From Eledone cirrhosa (Eukaryota): DNA of 64,000 nucleotides. Every line of letters begins with the position of its first letter. The first letter of the stretch is position 1. The stretch is from the NCBI GenBank assembly GCA_964016885.1, contig OZ024743.1, positions 134,044,001 through 134,108,000 on the forward strand. The letters run 5' to 3'. Below, in pieces: positions 35,501 through 49,100 of the stretch. A program made the position numbers and the translations under genes. Below the pieces are notes generated by a model. The model was given only the letters and a program-made list of their open reading frames with translations. It ran no database searches and was not told where the DNA came from.

Positions 35501-38500
35501 TGGTGTTTGGTGTTTGCTCTATGGTGTTTGCTGTTTCATGTTTGGTGTTTGCTGTTTGGTGTTTGGTCTTTGGTGCTTGGTCTTTGGTGCTTGGTGTTTG
35601 GTGTTTGGTGCTTGCTGCTTGGTGCTTGGTGATTGGTGCTTGGTGATTAGTGTTTGGTACTTGGTGCTTGGGGTTTGGTGTTTGGTGCTTGGCGCTTGGT
35701 GTTTGGTGCTTGGTACTTGGTGTTTGGTGCTTGGTGTTTGCTGTTTGGTGTTTGGTGTTTGGTGTTTGGTGTTTGGTGTTTGGTGTTTGCTGTTTGGTGT
35801 CTGCTTTTTGGTGTTTGGTGTTTGCTCTATGGTGTTTGCTGTTTCGTGTTTGGTGTTTGCTGTTTGGTGTTTGGTGTTTGCTGTTTGGTGTTTGGTCTTT
35901 GGTGCTTGGTGTTTGGTGCTTGGTGCTTGGTGTTTGGTGTTTGGTGCTTGGTGTTTGGTGTTTGGTGTTTGGTGCTTGGTGTTTGGTGTTTGGTGCCTGG
36001 TGTTTGGTGATTATTGCTTGTTGCTTGGTGCTTGGTGCTTGGTGTTTGGTGCTTGGTGTTTGGTGCTGGGTGCTTGGTGTTTAGTGCTTGGCGCTTGGTG
36101 CTTGGTGTTTCGTGTTTGGTGCTTGGTGCTTGTTGTTTGGTGTTATATGCTTGGTGTTTGATGCTTGGTGCTTGGTGCTTGGTGTTTGGTGTTTGGTGCT
36201 TGGCGTTTGATGCTTGGTGTTTGATGCTTGGTGCTTGGTGCTTGGTGTTTGGTGCTTGGTGCTTGGTGTTTGTACTTGGTGCTTGGTGCTTGGTTCTTGG
36301 TGTTTGGTGCTTGGTGTTTGGTGCTTGGTGCTTTGTGTTTGGTGCTTGGTGTTTGGTGCTTCGTGTTTGGTGCTTGGTGCCTGGTGCTTGGTGCTTGGTG
36401 CTTGGTGTTTGGTGCTTGGTGTTTGGTGCTTGGTGTTTTGTGCTTGGTGCTTGGTGTTTGGTGTTTGGTGCTTGGTGTTTGGTGCTTGCTACTTGGTGCT
36501 TGGTGCTTGGTGTTAGGTGTTTGGTGCTTGGTGCTTGGTGTTTGGTTTTTGGTGCTTGGTGCTTGGTGTTTGGTGTTTGGTGCTTGCTGCTGGTTGCTTA
36601 GTGATTGGTGCTTGGTGTTTGGTGCTTGGTGTTTGGTGTTTGGTGCTAGGTGCTTGGTGCTTGGTGTTTGGTGCTTGGTGCTTGGTGTTTGGTGTTTGGT
36701 GTTTGGTGCTTGGTGTTTGGTGTTTGGTGCTTGGTGCTTGGTGCTGGGTGGTTGGTGTTTGGTGCTTGGTGTTTGGTGCTGGGTGCTTGGTGTTTGGTGC
36801 TTGGTCCTTGGTGCTTGGTGCTTGGTGTTTGGTGTTTGGTGCTTGGTGCTTGGTGTTTGGTGCTTGGTGCTTGGTGTTTGGTGCTTGGTGCTTCGTGTTT
36901 GGTGCTAGGTGCTTGGGGTTTGGTGTTTGGTGCTTGGTGTTTGGTGTTTGGTGTTTTGTGCTTGGTGCTTGGTATTTGGTGTTTGCTGTTTGCTGTTTGA
37001 TGTTTGTTGTTTGGTGTTTGTTGTTTGGTGTTTGCTGTTTAGTGTTTGGTGTTTGGTGTTTGCTGTTTGGTGTCTGCTTTTTGGTGTTTGGTGTTTGCTG
37101 TATGTTGTTTGCTGTTTGGTGTTTGGTGTTTGGTGCTTGGTGTTTGGTGCTTGGTGCTTGGTGTTTGGTGCTTGGTGCATGGTGTTTGGTGCCTGGTGCT
37201 TGGTGCTTGGTGTTTGGTGTTTGGTGCTTGGTGCTTGGTGCTTGGAGTTTGGTGTTTGGTGCTTGTTGCTTGGTGTTTTGTGTTTGGTTTTTGGTGCTTG
37301 GTGCTTGGTGCTTGGTCCTTGGTGTTTGGTGCTGGGTGCTTTGTGTTTGGTGCTTGGTGCTTGATGCTTGGTGTTTTGTGTTTGGTGCTTGGTGCTTGGT
37401 GTTTGGTGCTTGGTGCTTGTTGCTAGGTGTTTGTACTTGGTGCTTGGTGTTTGGTTCTTGGTTCTTGGTGTTTGGTACTTGGTGCTTGGTGCTTGGTGCT
37501 TGGTGTTTGTTGCTTGGTGTTTGGTGCTTGGTGCTTGGTGTTTGGTGCTTGGTGTTTGGTGTTTGGTGCTTGGTGCTTGGTGTTTGGTGTTTGCTGTTTG
37601 CTGTTTGCTGTTTGCTGTTTGGTGTTTGGTGTTTGCTGTTTGCTGTTTGGTGTCTGCTTTTTGGTGTTTGGTGTTTGCTGTATGTTGTTTGCTGTTTGGT
37701 GTTTGGTGTTTGGTATTTGGTGTTTGGTGCTTGGTGCTTGGTGTTTGGTGCTTGGTGCTTGGTGTTTGGTGCCTGGTGCTTGGTGCTTGTTGTTTGGTGT
37801 TTGGTGCTTGGTGCTTGGTGCTTGGAGTTTGGTGTTTGGTGCTTGTTGCTTGGTGTTTTGTGTTTGGTGTTTGGTTTTTGGTGCTTGGTGCTTGGTGCTT
37901 GGTCCTTGGTGTTTGGTGCTGCGTGCTTTGTGTTTGGTGCTTGGTGCTTTGTGCTTGGTGTTTGGTGTTTGCTGCTTGGTGTTTGGTGCTTGGTGCTTCG
38001 TGCTTGGTGTTTTGTGTTTGGTGCTTGGTGCTTGGTGTTTGGTGCTTGGTGCTTGGTGCTTGGTGTTTGGTGCTTGGTGCTTGGTGCTTGGTGTTTGGTT
38101 CTTGGTTCTTGGTGTTTGGTACTTGGTGCTTGGTGCTTGGTGCTTGGTGTTTGGTGCTTGGTGTTTGGTGCTTGGTGCTTGGTGTTTGGTGCTTGGTGTT
38201 TGGTGCTTGGTGCTTGGTATTTGGTGTTTGGTGTTTGGTGTTTGCTGTTTGCTGTTTGGTGTTTGGTGTTTGCTGTTTGCTGTTTGGTGTCTGCTTTTTG
38301 GTGTTTGGTGTTTGCTGTATGGTGTTTGCTGTTTGGTGTTTGGTGTTTGCTGTTTGGTGTTTGGTCTTTGGTGCTTGGTGTTTGGTGCTTGGTGCTTGGT
38401 GTTTGGTGTTTGGTGCTTGGTGCTTGGTGTTTGGTGTTTGGTGCTTGGTGCTTGGTGTCTGGTGCTTGGTGCTTGGTGCTTGGTGTTTGGTGTTTGGTGT

Positions 38501-41500
38501 TTGGTGCTTGGTGCTTGGTGCTTGGTGTTTGGTGCTTGGTGTTTGGCGTTTGGTGCTTGTTGCTTGGTGCTTGGTGTTTGGTGCTTGGTGCTTGGTGCTG
38601 GGTGCTGGGTGCTTGGTCTTTGGTGCTTGGTGTTTGGTGTTTGGTGCTTGGTGCTTGGTGCTTGGTGTTTGGTGCTTGGTGATTAGTGTTTGGTGCTTGG
38701 TGCTTGGGGTTTGGTGTTTGGTGCTTGGTGCTTGGTGTTTGGTGCTTGGTACTTGGTGTTTGGTGCTTGGTGTTTGGTGTTTGCTGTTTGGTGTTTGGTG
38801 TTTGCTGTTTGGTGTTTGCTGTTTGGTGTCTGCTTTTTGGTGTTTTGTGTTTGCTGTATGGTGTTTGCTGTTTCGTGTTTGGTGTTTGCTGTTTGCTGTT
38901 TGGTGTTTGGTGTTTGCTGTTTGGTGTTTGGTCTTTGGTGCTTGGTGTTTGGTGCTTGGTGTTTGGTGTTTGGTGCTTGGTGTTTGGTTTTTGGTGCTTG
39001 GTGCTTGCTGCTTGGTGTTTGGTGTTTGGTGCTTGGTGCTTGGTGCTTGGTGTTTGGTGCTTGGTGCTTGGTGTTTGGTGATGGGTGCTTGGTGTTTGGT
39101 GCTTGGTGCTTGGTGCTTGGTGTTTGGTGCTGGGTGCTTGGTGTTTGGTGTTCGGTGTTATATGCTTGGTGTTTGATGCTTGGTGCTTGGTGCTTGTTGT
39201 TTGGTGTTTGGTGCTTGGTGTTTGATGCTTGGTGTTTGATGCTTGGTGCTTGGTGCTTGGTGTTGGTGCTTGGTGCTTGGTGTTTGTACTTGGTGCTTGG
39301 TTCTTTGTGTTTGGTGCTTGGTGCTTGGTGCTTGGTGCTTTGTGTTTGGTGCTTGGTGTTTGGTGCTTGGTGCCTGGTGCTTGGTGCTTGGTGCTTGGTG
39401 TTTGGTGCTTGGTGTTTGGTGCTTGGTGTTAGGTGTTTGGTGCTTGGTGCTTGGTGTTTGGTGTTTGGTGCTTGGTGTTTGGTGCTTGGTGCTTGGTGTT
39501 TGGTGTTTGGTGCTTGGTGTTTAGTGCTTGGTACTTGGTGCTTGGTGTCAGGTGTTTGGTGCTTGGTGCTTGGTGTTTGGTTTTTGGTGCTTGGTGCTTG
39601 GTGTTTGGTGTTTGGTGCTTGCTGCTGGCTGCTTGGTGCTTGGTGATTGGTGCTTGGTGTTTGGTGCTTGGTGTTTGGTGTTTGGTGTTTGGTGCTTGGT
39701 GTTTGGTGCTTGGTGCTGGGTGGTTGGTGTTTGGTGCTTGGTGTTTGGTGCTGGGTGCTTGGTGTTTGGTGCTTGGTGCTTGGTCTTTGGTGCTTGGTGT
39801 TTGGTGTTTGGTGCTTGCTGCTTGGTGTTTGGTGCTTGGTGCTTGGTGTTTGGTGCTTGGTGCTTAGTGTTTGGTGCTAGGTGCTTGGGGTTTGGTGTTT
39901 GGTGCTTGGTGTTTGGTGCTTGGTGCTTGGTATTTGGTGTTTGCTGTTTACTGTTTGGTGTTTGTTGTTTGGTGTTTGTTGTTTGGTGTTTGTTGTTTGG
40001 TGTTTGTTGTTTGGTGTTTGCTGTTTGGTGTTTGGTGTTTGTTGTTTGGTGTTTGCTGTTTGGTGTCTGCTTTTTGGTGTTTGGTGTTTGCTGTATGTTG
40101 TTTGCTGTTTGGTGTTTGGTGTTTGGTATTTGGTGTTTGGTGCTTGGTGCTTGGTGTTTGGTGCTTGGTGCTTGGTGTTTGGTGCCTGGTGCTTGGTGCT
40201 TGGTGTTTGGTGTTTGGTGCTTGGTGCTTGGTGCTTGGAGTTTGGTGTTTGGTGCTTGTTGCTTGGTGTTTTGTGTTTGGTGTTTGGTTTTTGGTGCTTG
40301 GTGCTTGGTGCTTGGTCCTTGGTGTTTGGTGCTGGGTGCTTTGTGTTTGGTGCTTGGTGCTTCGTGCTTGGTGTTTGGTGTTTGCTGCTTGGTGTTTGGT
40401 GCTTGGTGCTTGGTGCTTGGTGTTTTGTGTTTGGTGCTTGGTGCTTGGTGTTTGTACTTGGTGCTTGGTGCTTGGTGTTTGGTTCTTGGTTCTTGGTGTT
40501 TGGTACTTGGTGCTTGCTGCTTGGTGCTTGGTGTTTGGTGCTTGGTGTTTGGTGCTTGGTGCTTGGTGTTTGGTGCTTGGTGTTTGGTGTTTGGTGCTTG
40601 GTGTTTGGTGTTTGGTGTTTGGTGTTTGCTGTTTGCTGTTTGGTGTCTGCTTTTTGGTGTTTGTTGTTTGCTGTATGGTGTTTGCTGTTTCGTGTTTGGT
40701 GTTTGCTGTTTGGTGTTTGGTCTTTGGTGCTTGGTGTTTGGTGCTTGGTGCTTGGTGTTTGGTGTTTGGTGCTTGGTGCTTGGTGTTTGGTGTTTGGTGC
40801 TTGGTGCTTGGTGCTTGGTGTTTGGTGTTTGGTGCTTGGTGTCTGGTGCTTGGTGTTTGGTACTTGGTGTTTGGTGTCTGGTGTTTGGTGCTTGGTGCTT
40901 GGTGTTTGGTGTTTGGTGCTTGGTGTTTGGTGTTTGGTGTTTGGTGCTTGTTGCTTGGTGCTTGGTGTTTGGTGCTTGGTGCTTGGTGTTTGGTGTTATA
41001 TGCTTGGTGTTTGATGCTTGGTGCTTGGTGTTTGGTGTTTGATGCTTGGTGCTTGATGCTTGGTGCTTGGTGCTTGGTGTTTGGTGCTTGGTGCTTGGTG
41101 TTTGTACTTGTTGCTTGGTGCTTGATGCTTGGTGATTGGAGTTTGGTGCTTGGTTCTTGGTGTTTGGTGCTTGGTGTTTGGTGCTTGGTGCTTGGTGTTT
41201 GGTGCTTGGTGCTTGGTGTTTGGTGTTTGGTGCTTGGTGCTTGGTTCTTGGTGTTTGGTGCTTGGTGCTTGGTGCTTGGTGTTTGGTGCTTGGTGCTTGG
41301 TGTTTGGTGCTTGGTGTTTGGTGATTGGTGTTTGGTGCTTGGTGCTTGGTGCTTGGTGCATGGTGCTTGGTGTTTGGTGCTTGGTGTTTGGTGCTTGGTG
41401 TTAGGTGTTTGGTGCTTAGTGCTTGGTGTTTGGTGTTTGGTGCTTGGTGTTTGGTGCTTGGTGCTTGGTGTTTGGCGCTTGGTGCATGGTGTTTGGTGCC

Positions 41501-44219
41501 TGGTGCTTGGTGCTTGGTGTTTGGTGTTTGGTGCTTGGTGCTTGGTGCTTGGAGTTTGGTGTTTGGTGCTTGTTGCTTGGTGTTTTGTGTTTGGTTTTTG
41601 GTGCTTGGTGCTTGGTGCTTGGTCCTTGGTGTTTGGTGCTGGGTGCTTTGTGTTTGGTGCTTGGTGCTTTGTGCTTGGTGTTTGGTGTTTGCTGCTTGGT
41701 GTTTGGTGCTTGGTGCTTGATGCTTGGTGTTTTGTGTTTGGTGCTTGGTGCTTGGTGTTTGGTGCTTGGTGCTTGGTGCTAGGTGTTTGTACTTGGTGCT
41801 TGGTGTTTGGTTCTTGGTTCTTGGTGTTTGGTACTTGGTGCTTGGTGCTTGGTGCTTGGTGTTTGTTGCTTGGTGTTTGGTGCTTGGTGTTTGGTGTTTG
41901 GTGCTTGGTGCTTGGTGTTTGGTGTTTGCTGTTTGATGTTTGCTGTTTGCTGTTTGGTGTTTGGTGTTTGCTGTTTGCTGTTTGGTGTCTGCTTTTTGGT
42001 GTTTGGTGTTTGCTGTATGGTGTTTGCTGTTTGGTGTCTGGTGTTTGCTGTTTGGTGTTTGGTCTTTGGTGCTTGGTGTTTGGTGCTTGGTGCTTGGTGT
42101 TTGGTGTTTGGTGCTTGGTGCTTGGTGTTTGGTGTTTGGTGCTTGGTGCTTGGTGTTTGGTGTTTGGTGCTTTGTGTCAGGTGCTTGGTGTTTGGTGTTT
42201 GCTGTATGTTGTTTGCTGTTTGGTGTTTGGTGTTTGGTATTTGGTGTTTGGTGCTTGGTGCTTGGTGTTTGGTGCTTGGTGCTTGGTGTTTGGTGCCTGG
42301 TGCTTGGTGCTTGTTGTTTGGTGTTTGGTGCTTGGTGCTTGGTGCTTGGAGTTTGGTGTTTGGTGCTTGTTGCTTGGTGTTTTGTGTTTGGTTTTTGGTT
42401 TTTGGTGCTTGGTGCTTGGTGCTTGGTCCTTGGTGTTTGGTGCTGCGTGCTTTGTGTTTGGTGCTTGGTGCTTTGTGCTTGGTGTTTGGTGTTTGCTGCT
42501 TGGTGTTTGGTGCTTGGTGCTTCGTGCTTGCTGTTTTGTGTTTGGTGCTTGGTGCTTGGTGTTTGGTGCTTGGTGCTTGGTGCTTGGTGTTTGTACTTGG
42601 TGCTTGGTGCTTGGTGTTTGGTTCTTGGTTCTTGGTGTTTGGTACTTGGTGCTTGGTGCTTGGTGCTTGGTGTTTGGTGCTTGGTGTTTGGTGCTTGGTG
42701 CTTGGTGTTTGGTGCTTGGTGTTTGGTGCTTGGTGCTTGGTATTTGGTGTTTGGTGTTTGGTGTTTGCTGTTTGCTGTTTGGTGTTTGGTGTTTGCTGTT
42801 TGCTGTTTGGTGTCTGCTTTTTGGTGTTTGGTGTTTGCTGTATGGTGTTTGCTGTTTGGTGTTTGGTGTTTGCTGTTTGGTGTTTGGTCTTTGGTGCTTG
42901 GTGTTTGGTGCTTGGTGCTTGGTGTTTGGTGTTTGGTGCTTGGTGCTTGGTGTTTGGTGTTTGGTGCTTGGTGCTTGGTGTCTGGTGCTTGGTGCTTGGT
43001 GCTTGGTGTTTGGTGCTTGGTGCTTGGTGCTGAGTGCTGGGTGCTTGGTCTTTGGTGCTTGGTGTTTGGTGTTTGGTGCTTGGTGTTTGGTGCTTGGTGT
43101 TTGGTGCTTGGTGATTAGTGTTTGGTGCTTGGTGCTTGGGGTTTGGTGTTTCGTGCTTGGTGCTTGGTGTTTGGTGCTTGGTACTTGGTGTTTGGTGCTT
43201 GGTGTTTGGTGTTTGCTGTTTGGTGTTTGGTGTTTGGTGTTTGGTGTTTGCTGTTTGGTGTCTGCTTTTTGGTGTTTGGTGTTTGTTGTATGGTGTTTGC
43301 TGTTTCGTGTTTGGTGTTTGCTGTTTGCTGTTTGGTGTTTGGTGTTTGCTGTTTGCTGTTTGGTCTTTGGTGCTTGGTGATTGGTGCTTGGTGTTTGGTG
43401 TTTGGTGCTTGGTGTTTGGTTTTTGGTGCTTGGTGCTTGGTGCTTGGTGTTTGGTGTTTGGTGCTTGGTGCTTGGTGCTTGGTGTTTGGTGCTTGGTGCT
43501 TGGTGTTTGGTGCTGGGTGCTTGGTGTTTGGTGCTTGGTGCTTGGTGCTTGGTGTTTGGTGCTGGGTGCTTGGTGTTTGGTGTTCGGTGTTATATGCTTG
43601 GTGTTTGATGCTTGGTGCTTGGTGCTTGTTGTTTGGTGTTTGGTGCTTGGTGTTTGATGCTTGGTGTTTGATGCTTGGTGCTTGGTGCTTGGTGTTTGGT
43701 GCTTGGTGCTTGGTGTTTGTACTTGGTGCTTGGTTCTTTGTGTTTGGTGCTTGGTGCTTGGTGCTTTGTGTTTGGTGCTTGGTGTTTGGTGCTTGGTGTT
43801 TGGTGCTTGGTGCCTGGTGCTTGGTGCTTGGTGCTTGGTGTTTGGTGCTTGGTGTTTGGTGCTTGGTGTTAGGTGTTTGGTGCTTGGTGCTTGGTGTTTG
43901 GTGTTTGGTGCTTGGTGTTTGGTGCTTGGTGCTTGGTGTTTGGTGTTTGGTGCTTGGTGTTTGGTGCTTGGTACTTGGTGCTTGGTGTTAGGTGTTTGGT
44001 GCTTGGTGCTTGGTGTTTGGTTTTTGGTGCTTGGTGCTTGGTGTTTGGTGTTTGGTGCTTGCTGCTGGCTGCTTGGTGCTTGGTGATTGGTGCTTGGTGT
44101 TTGGTGCTTGGTGTTTGGTGTTTGGTGTTTGGTGCTTGGTGCTTGGTGTTTGGTGCTTGGTGCTGGGTGGTTGGTGTTTGGTGCTTGGTGTTTGGTGCTG
44201 GGTGCTTGGTGTTTGGTGC

Positions 44220-46165
44220 TTGGTGCTTGGTCTTTGGTGCTTGGTGTTTGGTGTTTGGTGCTTGCTGCTTGGTGTTTGGTTCTTGGTGCTTGGTGTTTGG
44301 TGCTTGGTGCTTAGTGTTTGGTGCTAGGTGCTTGGGGTTTGGTGTTTGGTGCTTGGTGTTTGGTGCTTGGTGCTTGGTATTTGGTGTTTGCTGTTTACTG
44401 TTTGGTGTTTGTTGTTTGGTGTTTGTTGTTTGGTGTTTGTTGTTTGGTGTTTGTTGTTTGGTGTTTGCTGTTTGGTGTTTGGTGTTTGTTGTTTGGTGTT
44501 TGCTGTTTGGTGTCTGCTTTTTGGTGTTTGGTGTTTGCTGTATGTTGTTTGCTGTTTGGTGTTTGGTGTTTGGTATTTGGTGTTTGGTGCTTGGTGCTTG
44601 GTGTTTGGTGCTTGGTGCTTGGTGTTTGGTGCCTGGTGCTTGGTGCTTGGTGTTTGGTGTTTGGTGCTTGGTGCTTGGTGCTTGGAGTTTGGTGTTTGGT
44701 GCTTGTTGCTTGGTGTTTTGTGTTTGGTGTTTGGTTTTTGGTGCTTGGTGCTTGGTGCTTGGTCCTTGGTGTTTGGTGTTTGCTGCTTGGTGTTTGGTGT
44801 TTGGTGCTTGGTGATTGGTGCTTGGTGTTTTGTGTTTGGTGCTTGGTGCTTGGTGTTTGTACTTGGTGCTTGGTGCTTGGTGTTTGGTTCTTGGTTCTTG
44901 GTGTTTGGTACTTGGTGCTTGCTGCTTGGTGCTTGGTGTTTGGTGCTTGGTGTTTGGTGCTTGGTGCTTGGTGTTTGGTGCTTGGTGTTTGGTGTTTGGT
45001 GCTTGGTGTTTGGTGCTTGGTGCTTGGTGCTTGGTGTTTGGTGTTTGGTGCTTGGTGTCTGGTGCTTGGTGTTTGGTGCTTGGTGTTTGGTGTCTGGTGT
45101 TTGGTGCTTGGTGCTTGGTGTTTGGTGTTTGGTGCTTGGTGTTTGGTGTTTGGTGTTTGGTGCTTGTTGCTTGGTGCTTGGTGTTTGGTGCTTGGTGCTT
45201 GGTCTTTGGTGCTTGGTGTTTGGTGTTTGGTGCTTGCTGCTTGGTGTTTGGTTCTTGGTGCTTGGTGTTTGGTGCTTGGTGCTTAGTGTTTGGTGCTAGG
45301 TGCTTGGGGTTTGGTGTTTGGTGCTTGGTGTTTGGTGCTTGGTGCTTGGTATTTGGTGTTTGCTGTTTACTGTTTGGTGTTTGTTGTTTGGTGTTTGTTG
45401 TTTGGTGTTTGTTGTTTGGTGTTTGTTGTTTGGTGTTTGCTGTTTGGTGTTTGGTGTTTGTTGTTTGGTGTTTGCTGTTTGGTGTCTGCTTTTTGGTGTT
45501 TGGTGTTTGCTGTATGTTGTTTGCTGTTTGGTGTTTGGTGTTTGGTATTTGGTGTTTGGTGCTTGGTGCTTGGTGTTTGGTGCTTGGTGCTTGGTGTTTG
45601 GTGCCTGGTGCTTGGTGCTTGGTGTTTGGTGTTTGGTGCTTGGTGCTTGGTGCTTGGAGTTTGGTGTTTGGTGCTTGTTGCTTGGTGTTTTGTGTTTGGT
45701 GTTTGGTTTTTGGTGCTTGGTGCTTGGTGCTTGGTCCTTGGTGTTTGGTGTTTGCTGCTTGGTGTTTGGTGTTTGGTGCTTGGTGATTGGTGCTTGGTGA
45801 TTTGTGTTTGGTGCTTGGTGCTTGGTGTTTGTACTTGGTGCTTGGTGCTTGGTGTTTGGTTCTTGGTTCTTGGTGTTTGGTACTTGGTGCTTGCTGCTTG
45901 GTGCTTGGTGTTTGGTGCTTGGTGTTTGGTGCTTGGTGCTTGGTGTTTGGTGCTTGGTGTTTGGTGTTTGGTGCTTGGTGTTTGGTGCTTGGTGCTTGGT
46001 GCTTGGTGTTTGGTGTTTGGTGCTTGGTGTCTGGTGCTTGGTGTTTGGTGCTTGGTGTTTGGTGTCTGGTGTTTGGTGCTTGGTGCTTGGTGTTTGGTGT
46101 TTGGTGCTTGGTGTTTGGTGTTTGGTGTTTGGTGCTTGTTGCTTGGTGCTTGGTGTTTGGTGCTT
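44220..46165. repeat. 972-bp tandem duplication
   Basis: ORF pairs 44318/45290, 44328/45300 and 44815/45787. Confidence 0.9.
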
Positions 46166-49100
46166 GGTGCTTGGTGTTTGGTGTTATATGCTTGGTGTTT
46201 GATGCTTGGTGCTTGGTGTTTGGTGTTTGATGCTTGGTGCTTGATGCTTGGTGCTTGGTGCTTGGTGTTTGGTGCTTGGTGCTTGGTGTTTGTACTTGTT
46301 GCTTGGTGCTTGATGCTTGGTGATTGGTGTTTGGTGCTTGGTTCTTGGTGTTTGGTGCTTGGTGTTTGGTGCTTGGTGCTTGGTGTTTGGTGCTTGGTGC
46401 TTGGTGTTTGGTGTTTGGTGCTTGGTGCTTGGTTCTTGGTGTTTGGTGCTTGGTGCTTGGTGCTTGGTGTTTGGTGCTTGGTGCTTGGTGTTTGGTGCTT
46501 GGTGTTTGGTGCTTGGTGTTTGGTGCTTGGTGCTTGGTGCTTGGTGCATGGTGCTTGGTGTTTGGTGCTTGGTGTTTGGTGCTTGGTGTTAGGTGTTTGG
46601 TGCTTAGTGCTTGGTGTTTGGTGTTTGGTGCTTGGTGTTTGGTGCTTGGTGCTTGGTGTTTGGTGTTTGGTGCTTCGTGTTTGGTGCTTGCTACGTGGTG
46701 CTTGGTGCTTGGTGTTAGGTGTTTGGTGCTTGGTGTGTGGTGTTTGGTTTTTGGTGCTTGGTGTTAGGTGTTTGGTGCTTAGTGCTTGGTGTTTGGTGTT
46801 TGGTGCTTGGTGTTTGGTGCTTGGTGCTTGGTGTTTGGTGTTTGGTGCTTGGTGTTTGGTGCTTGCTACGTGGTGCTTGGTGCTTGGTGTTTGCTGTTTG
46901 CTGTTTGGTGTCTGCTTTTTGGTGTTTGGTGTTTGCTGTATGGTGTTTGCTGTTTGGTGTCTGGTGTTTGCTGTTTGGTGTTTGGTCTTTGGTGCTTGGT
47001 GTTTGGTGCTTGGTGCTTGGTGTTTGGTGTTTGGTGCTTGGTGCTTGGTGTTTGGTGTTTGGTGCTTGGTGCTTGGTGTTTGGTGTTTGGTGCTTTGTGT
47101 CAGGTGCTTGGTGTTTGGTGTTTGCTGTATGTTGTTTGCTGTTTGGTGTTTGGTGTTTGGTATTTGGTGTTTGGTGCTTGGTGCTTGGTGTTTGGTGCTT
47201 GGTGCTTGGTGTTTGGTGCCTGTTGCTTGGTGCTTGTTGTTTGGTGTTTGGTGCTTGGTGCTTGGTGCTTGGAGTTTGGTGTTTGGTGCTTGTTGCTTGG
47301 TGTTTTGTGTTTGGTTTTTGGTTTTTGGTGCTTGGTGCTTGGTGCTTGGTCCTTGGTGTTTGGTGCTGCGTGCTTTGTGTTTGGTGCTTGGTGCTTTGTG
47401 CTTGGTGTTTGGTGTTTGCTGCTTGGTGTTTGGTGCTTGGTGCTTCGTGCTTGGTGTTTTGTGTTTGGTGCTTGGTGCTTGGTGTTTGGTGCTTGGTGCT
47501 TGGTGCTTGGTGTTTGTACTTGGTGCTTGGTGCTTGGTGTTTGGTTCTTGGTTCTTGGTGTTTGGTACTTGGTGCTTGGTGCTTGGTGCTTGGTGTTTGG
47601 TGCTTGGTGTTTGGTGCTTGGTGCTTGGTGTTTGGTGCTTGGTGTTTGGTGCTTGGTGCTTGGTATTTGGTGTTTGGTGTTTGGTGTTTGCTGTTTGCTG
47701 TTTGGTGTTTGGTGTTTGCTGTTTGCTGTTTGGTGTCTGCTTTTTGGTGTTTGGTGTTTGCTGTATGGTGTTTGCTGTTTGGTGTTTGGTGTTTGCTGTT
47801 TGGTGTTTGGTCTTTGGTGCTTGGTGTTTGGTGCTTGGTGCTTGGTGTTTGGTGTTTGGTGCTTGGTGCTTGGTGTTTGGTGTTTGGTGCTTGGTGCTTG
47901 GTGTCTGGTGCTTGGTGCTTGGTGCTTGGTGTTTGGTGCTTGGTGCTTGGTGCTGGGTGCTGGGTGCTTGGTCTTTGGTGCTTGGTGTTTGGTGTTTGGT
48001 GCTTGGTGTTTGGTGCTTGGTGTTTGGTGCTTGGTGATTAGTGTTTGGTGCTTGGTGCTTGGGGTTTGGTGTTTCGTGCTTGGTGCTTGGTGTTTGGTGC
48101 TTGGTACTTGGTGTTTGGTGCTTGGTGATTGGTGCTTGGTGATTTGTGTTTGGTGCTTGGTGCTTGGTGTTTGTACTTGGTGCTTGGTGCTTGGTGTTTG
48201 GTTCTTGGTTCTTGGTGTTTGGTACTTGGTGCTTGCTGCTTGGTGCTTGGTGTTTGGTGCTTGGTGTTTGGTGCTTGGTGCTTGGTGTTTGGTGCTTGGT
48301 GTTTGGTGTTTGGTGCTTGGTGTTTGGTGCTTGGTGCTTGGTGCTTGGTGTTTGGTGTTTGGTGCTTGGTGTCTGGTGCTTGGTGTTTGGTGCTTGGTGT
48401 TTGGTGTCTGGTGTTTGGTGCTTGGTGCTTGGTGTTTGGTGTTTGGTGCTTGGTGTTTGGTGTTTGGTGTTTGGTGCTTGTTGCTTGGTGCTTGGTGTTT
48501 GGTGCTTGGTGCTTGGTGTTTGGTGTTATATGCTTGGTGTTTGATGCTTGGTGCTTGGTGTTTGGTGTTTGATGCTTGGTGCTTGATGCTTGGTGCTTGG
48601 TGCTTGGTGTTTGGTGCTTGGTGCTTGGTGTTTGTACTTGTTGCTTGGTGCTTGATGCTTGGTGATTGGTGTTTGGTGCTTGGTTCTTGGTGTTTGGTGC
48701 TTGGTGTTTGGTGCTTGGTGCTTGGTGTTTGGTGCTTGGTGCTTGGTGTTTGGTGTTTGGTGCTTGGTGCTTGGTTCTTGGTGTTTGGTGCTTGGTGCTT
48801 GGTGCTTGGTGTTTGGTGCTTGGTGCTTGGTGTTTGGTGCTTGGTGTTTGGTGCTTGGTGTTTGGTGCTTGGTGCTTGGTGCTTGGTGCATGGTGCTTGG
48901 TGTTTGGTGCTTGGTGTTTGGTGCTTGGTGTTAGGTGTTTGGTGCTTAGTGCTTGGTGTTTGGTGTTTGGTGCTTGGTGTTTGGTGCTTGGTGCTTGGTG
49001 TTTGGTGTTTGGTGCTTCGTGTTTGGTGCTTGCTACGTGGTGCTTGGTGCTTGGTGTTAGGTGTTTGGTGCTTGGTGTGTGGTGTTTGGTTTTTGGTGCT

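Larger units (their letters stand above)
25560..39300. repeat. Older ~10-kb-offset duplication (~25560-29650 vs ~35620-39300) with internal indels
   Basis: ORF pairs 25596/35650, 26462/36517, 26595/36650, 27327/37368 and 29084/38686. Shared rare variants TTGGCGC, TTGCTAC and GCTGCGTG. Confidence 0.8.
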
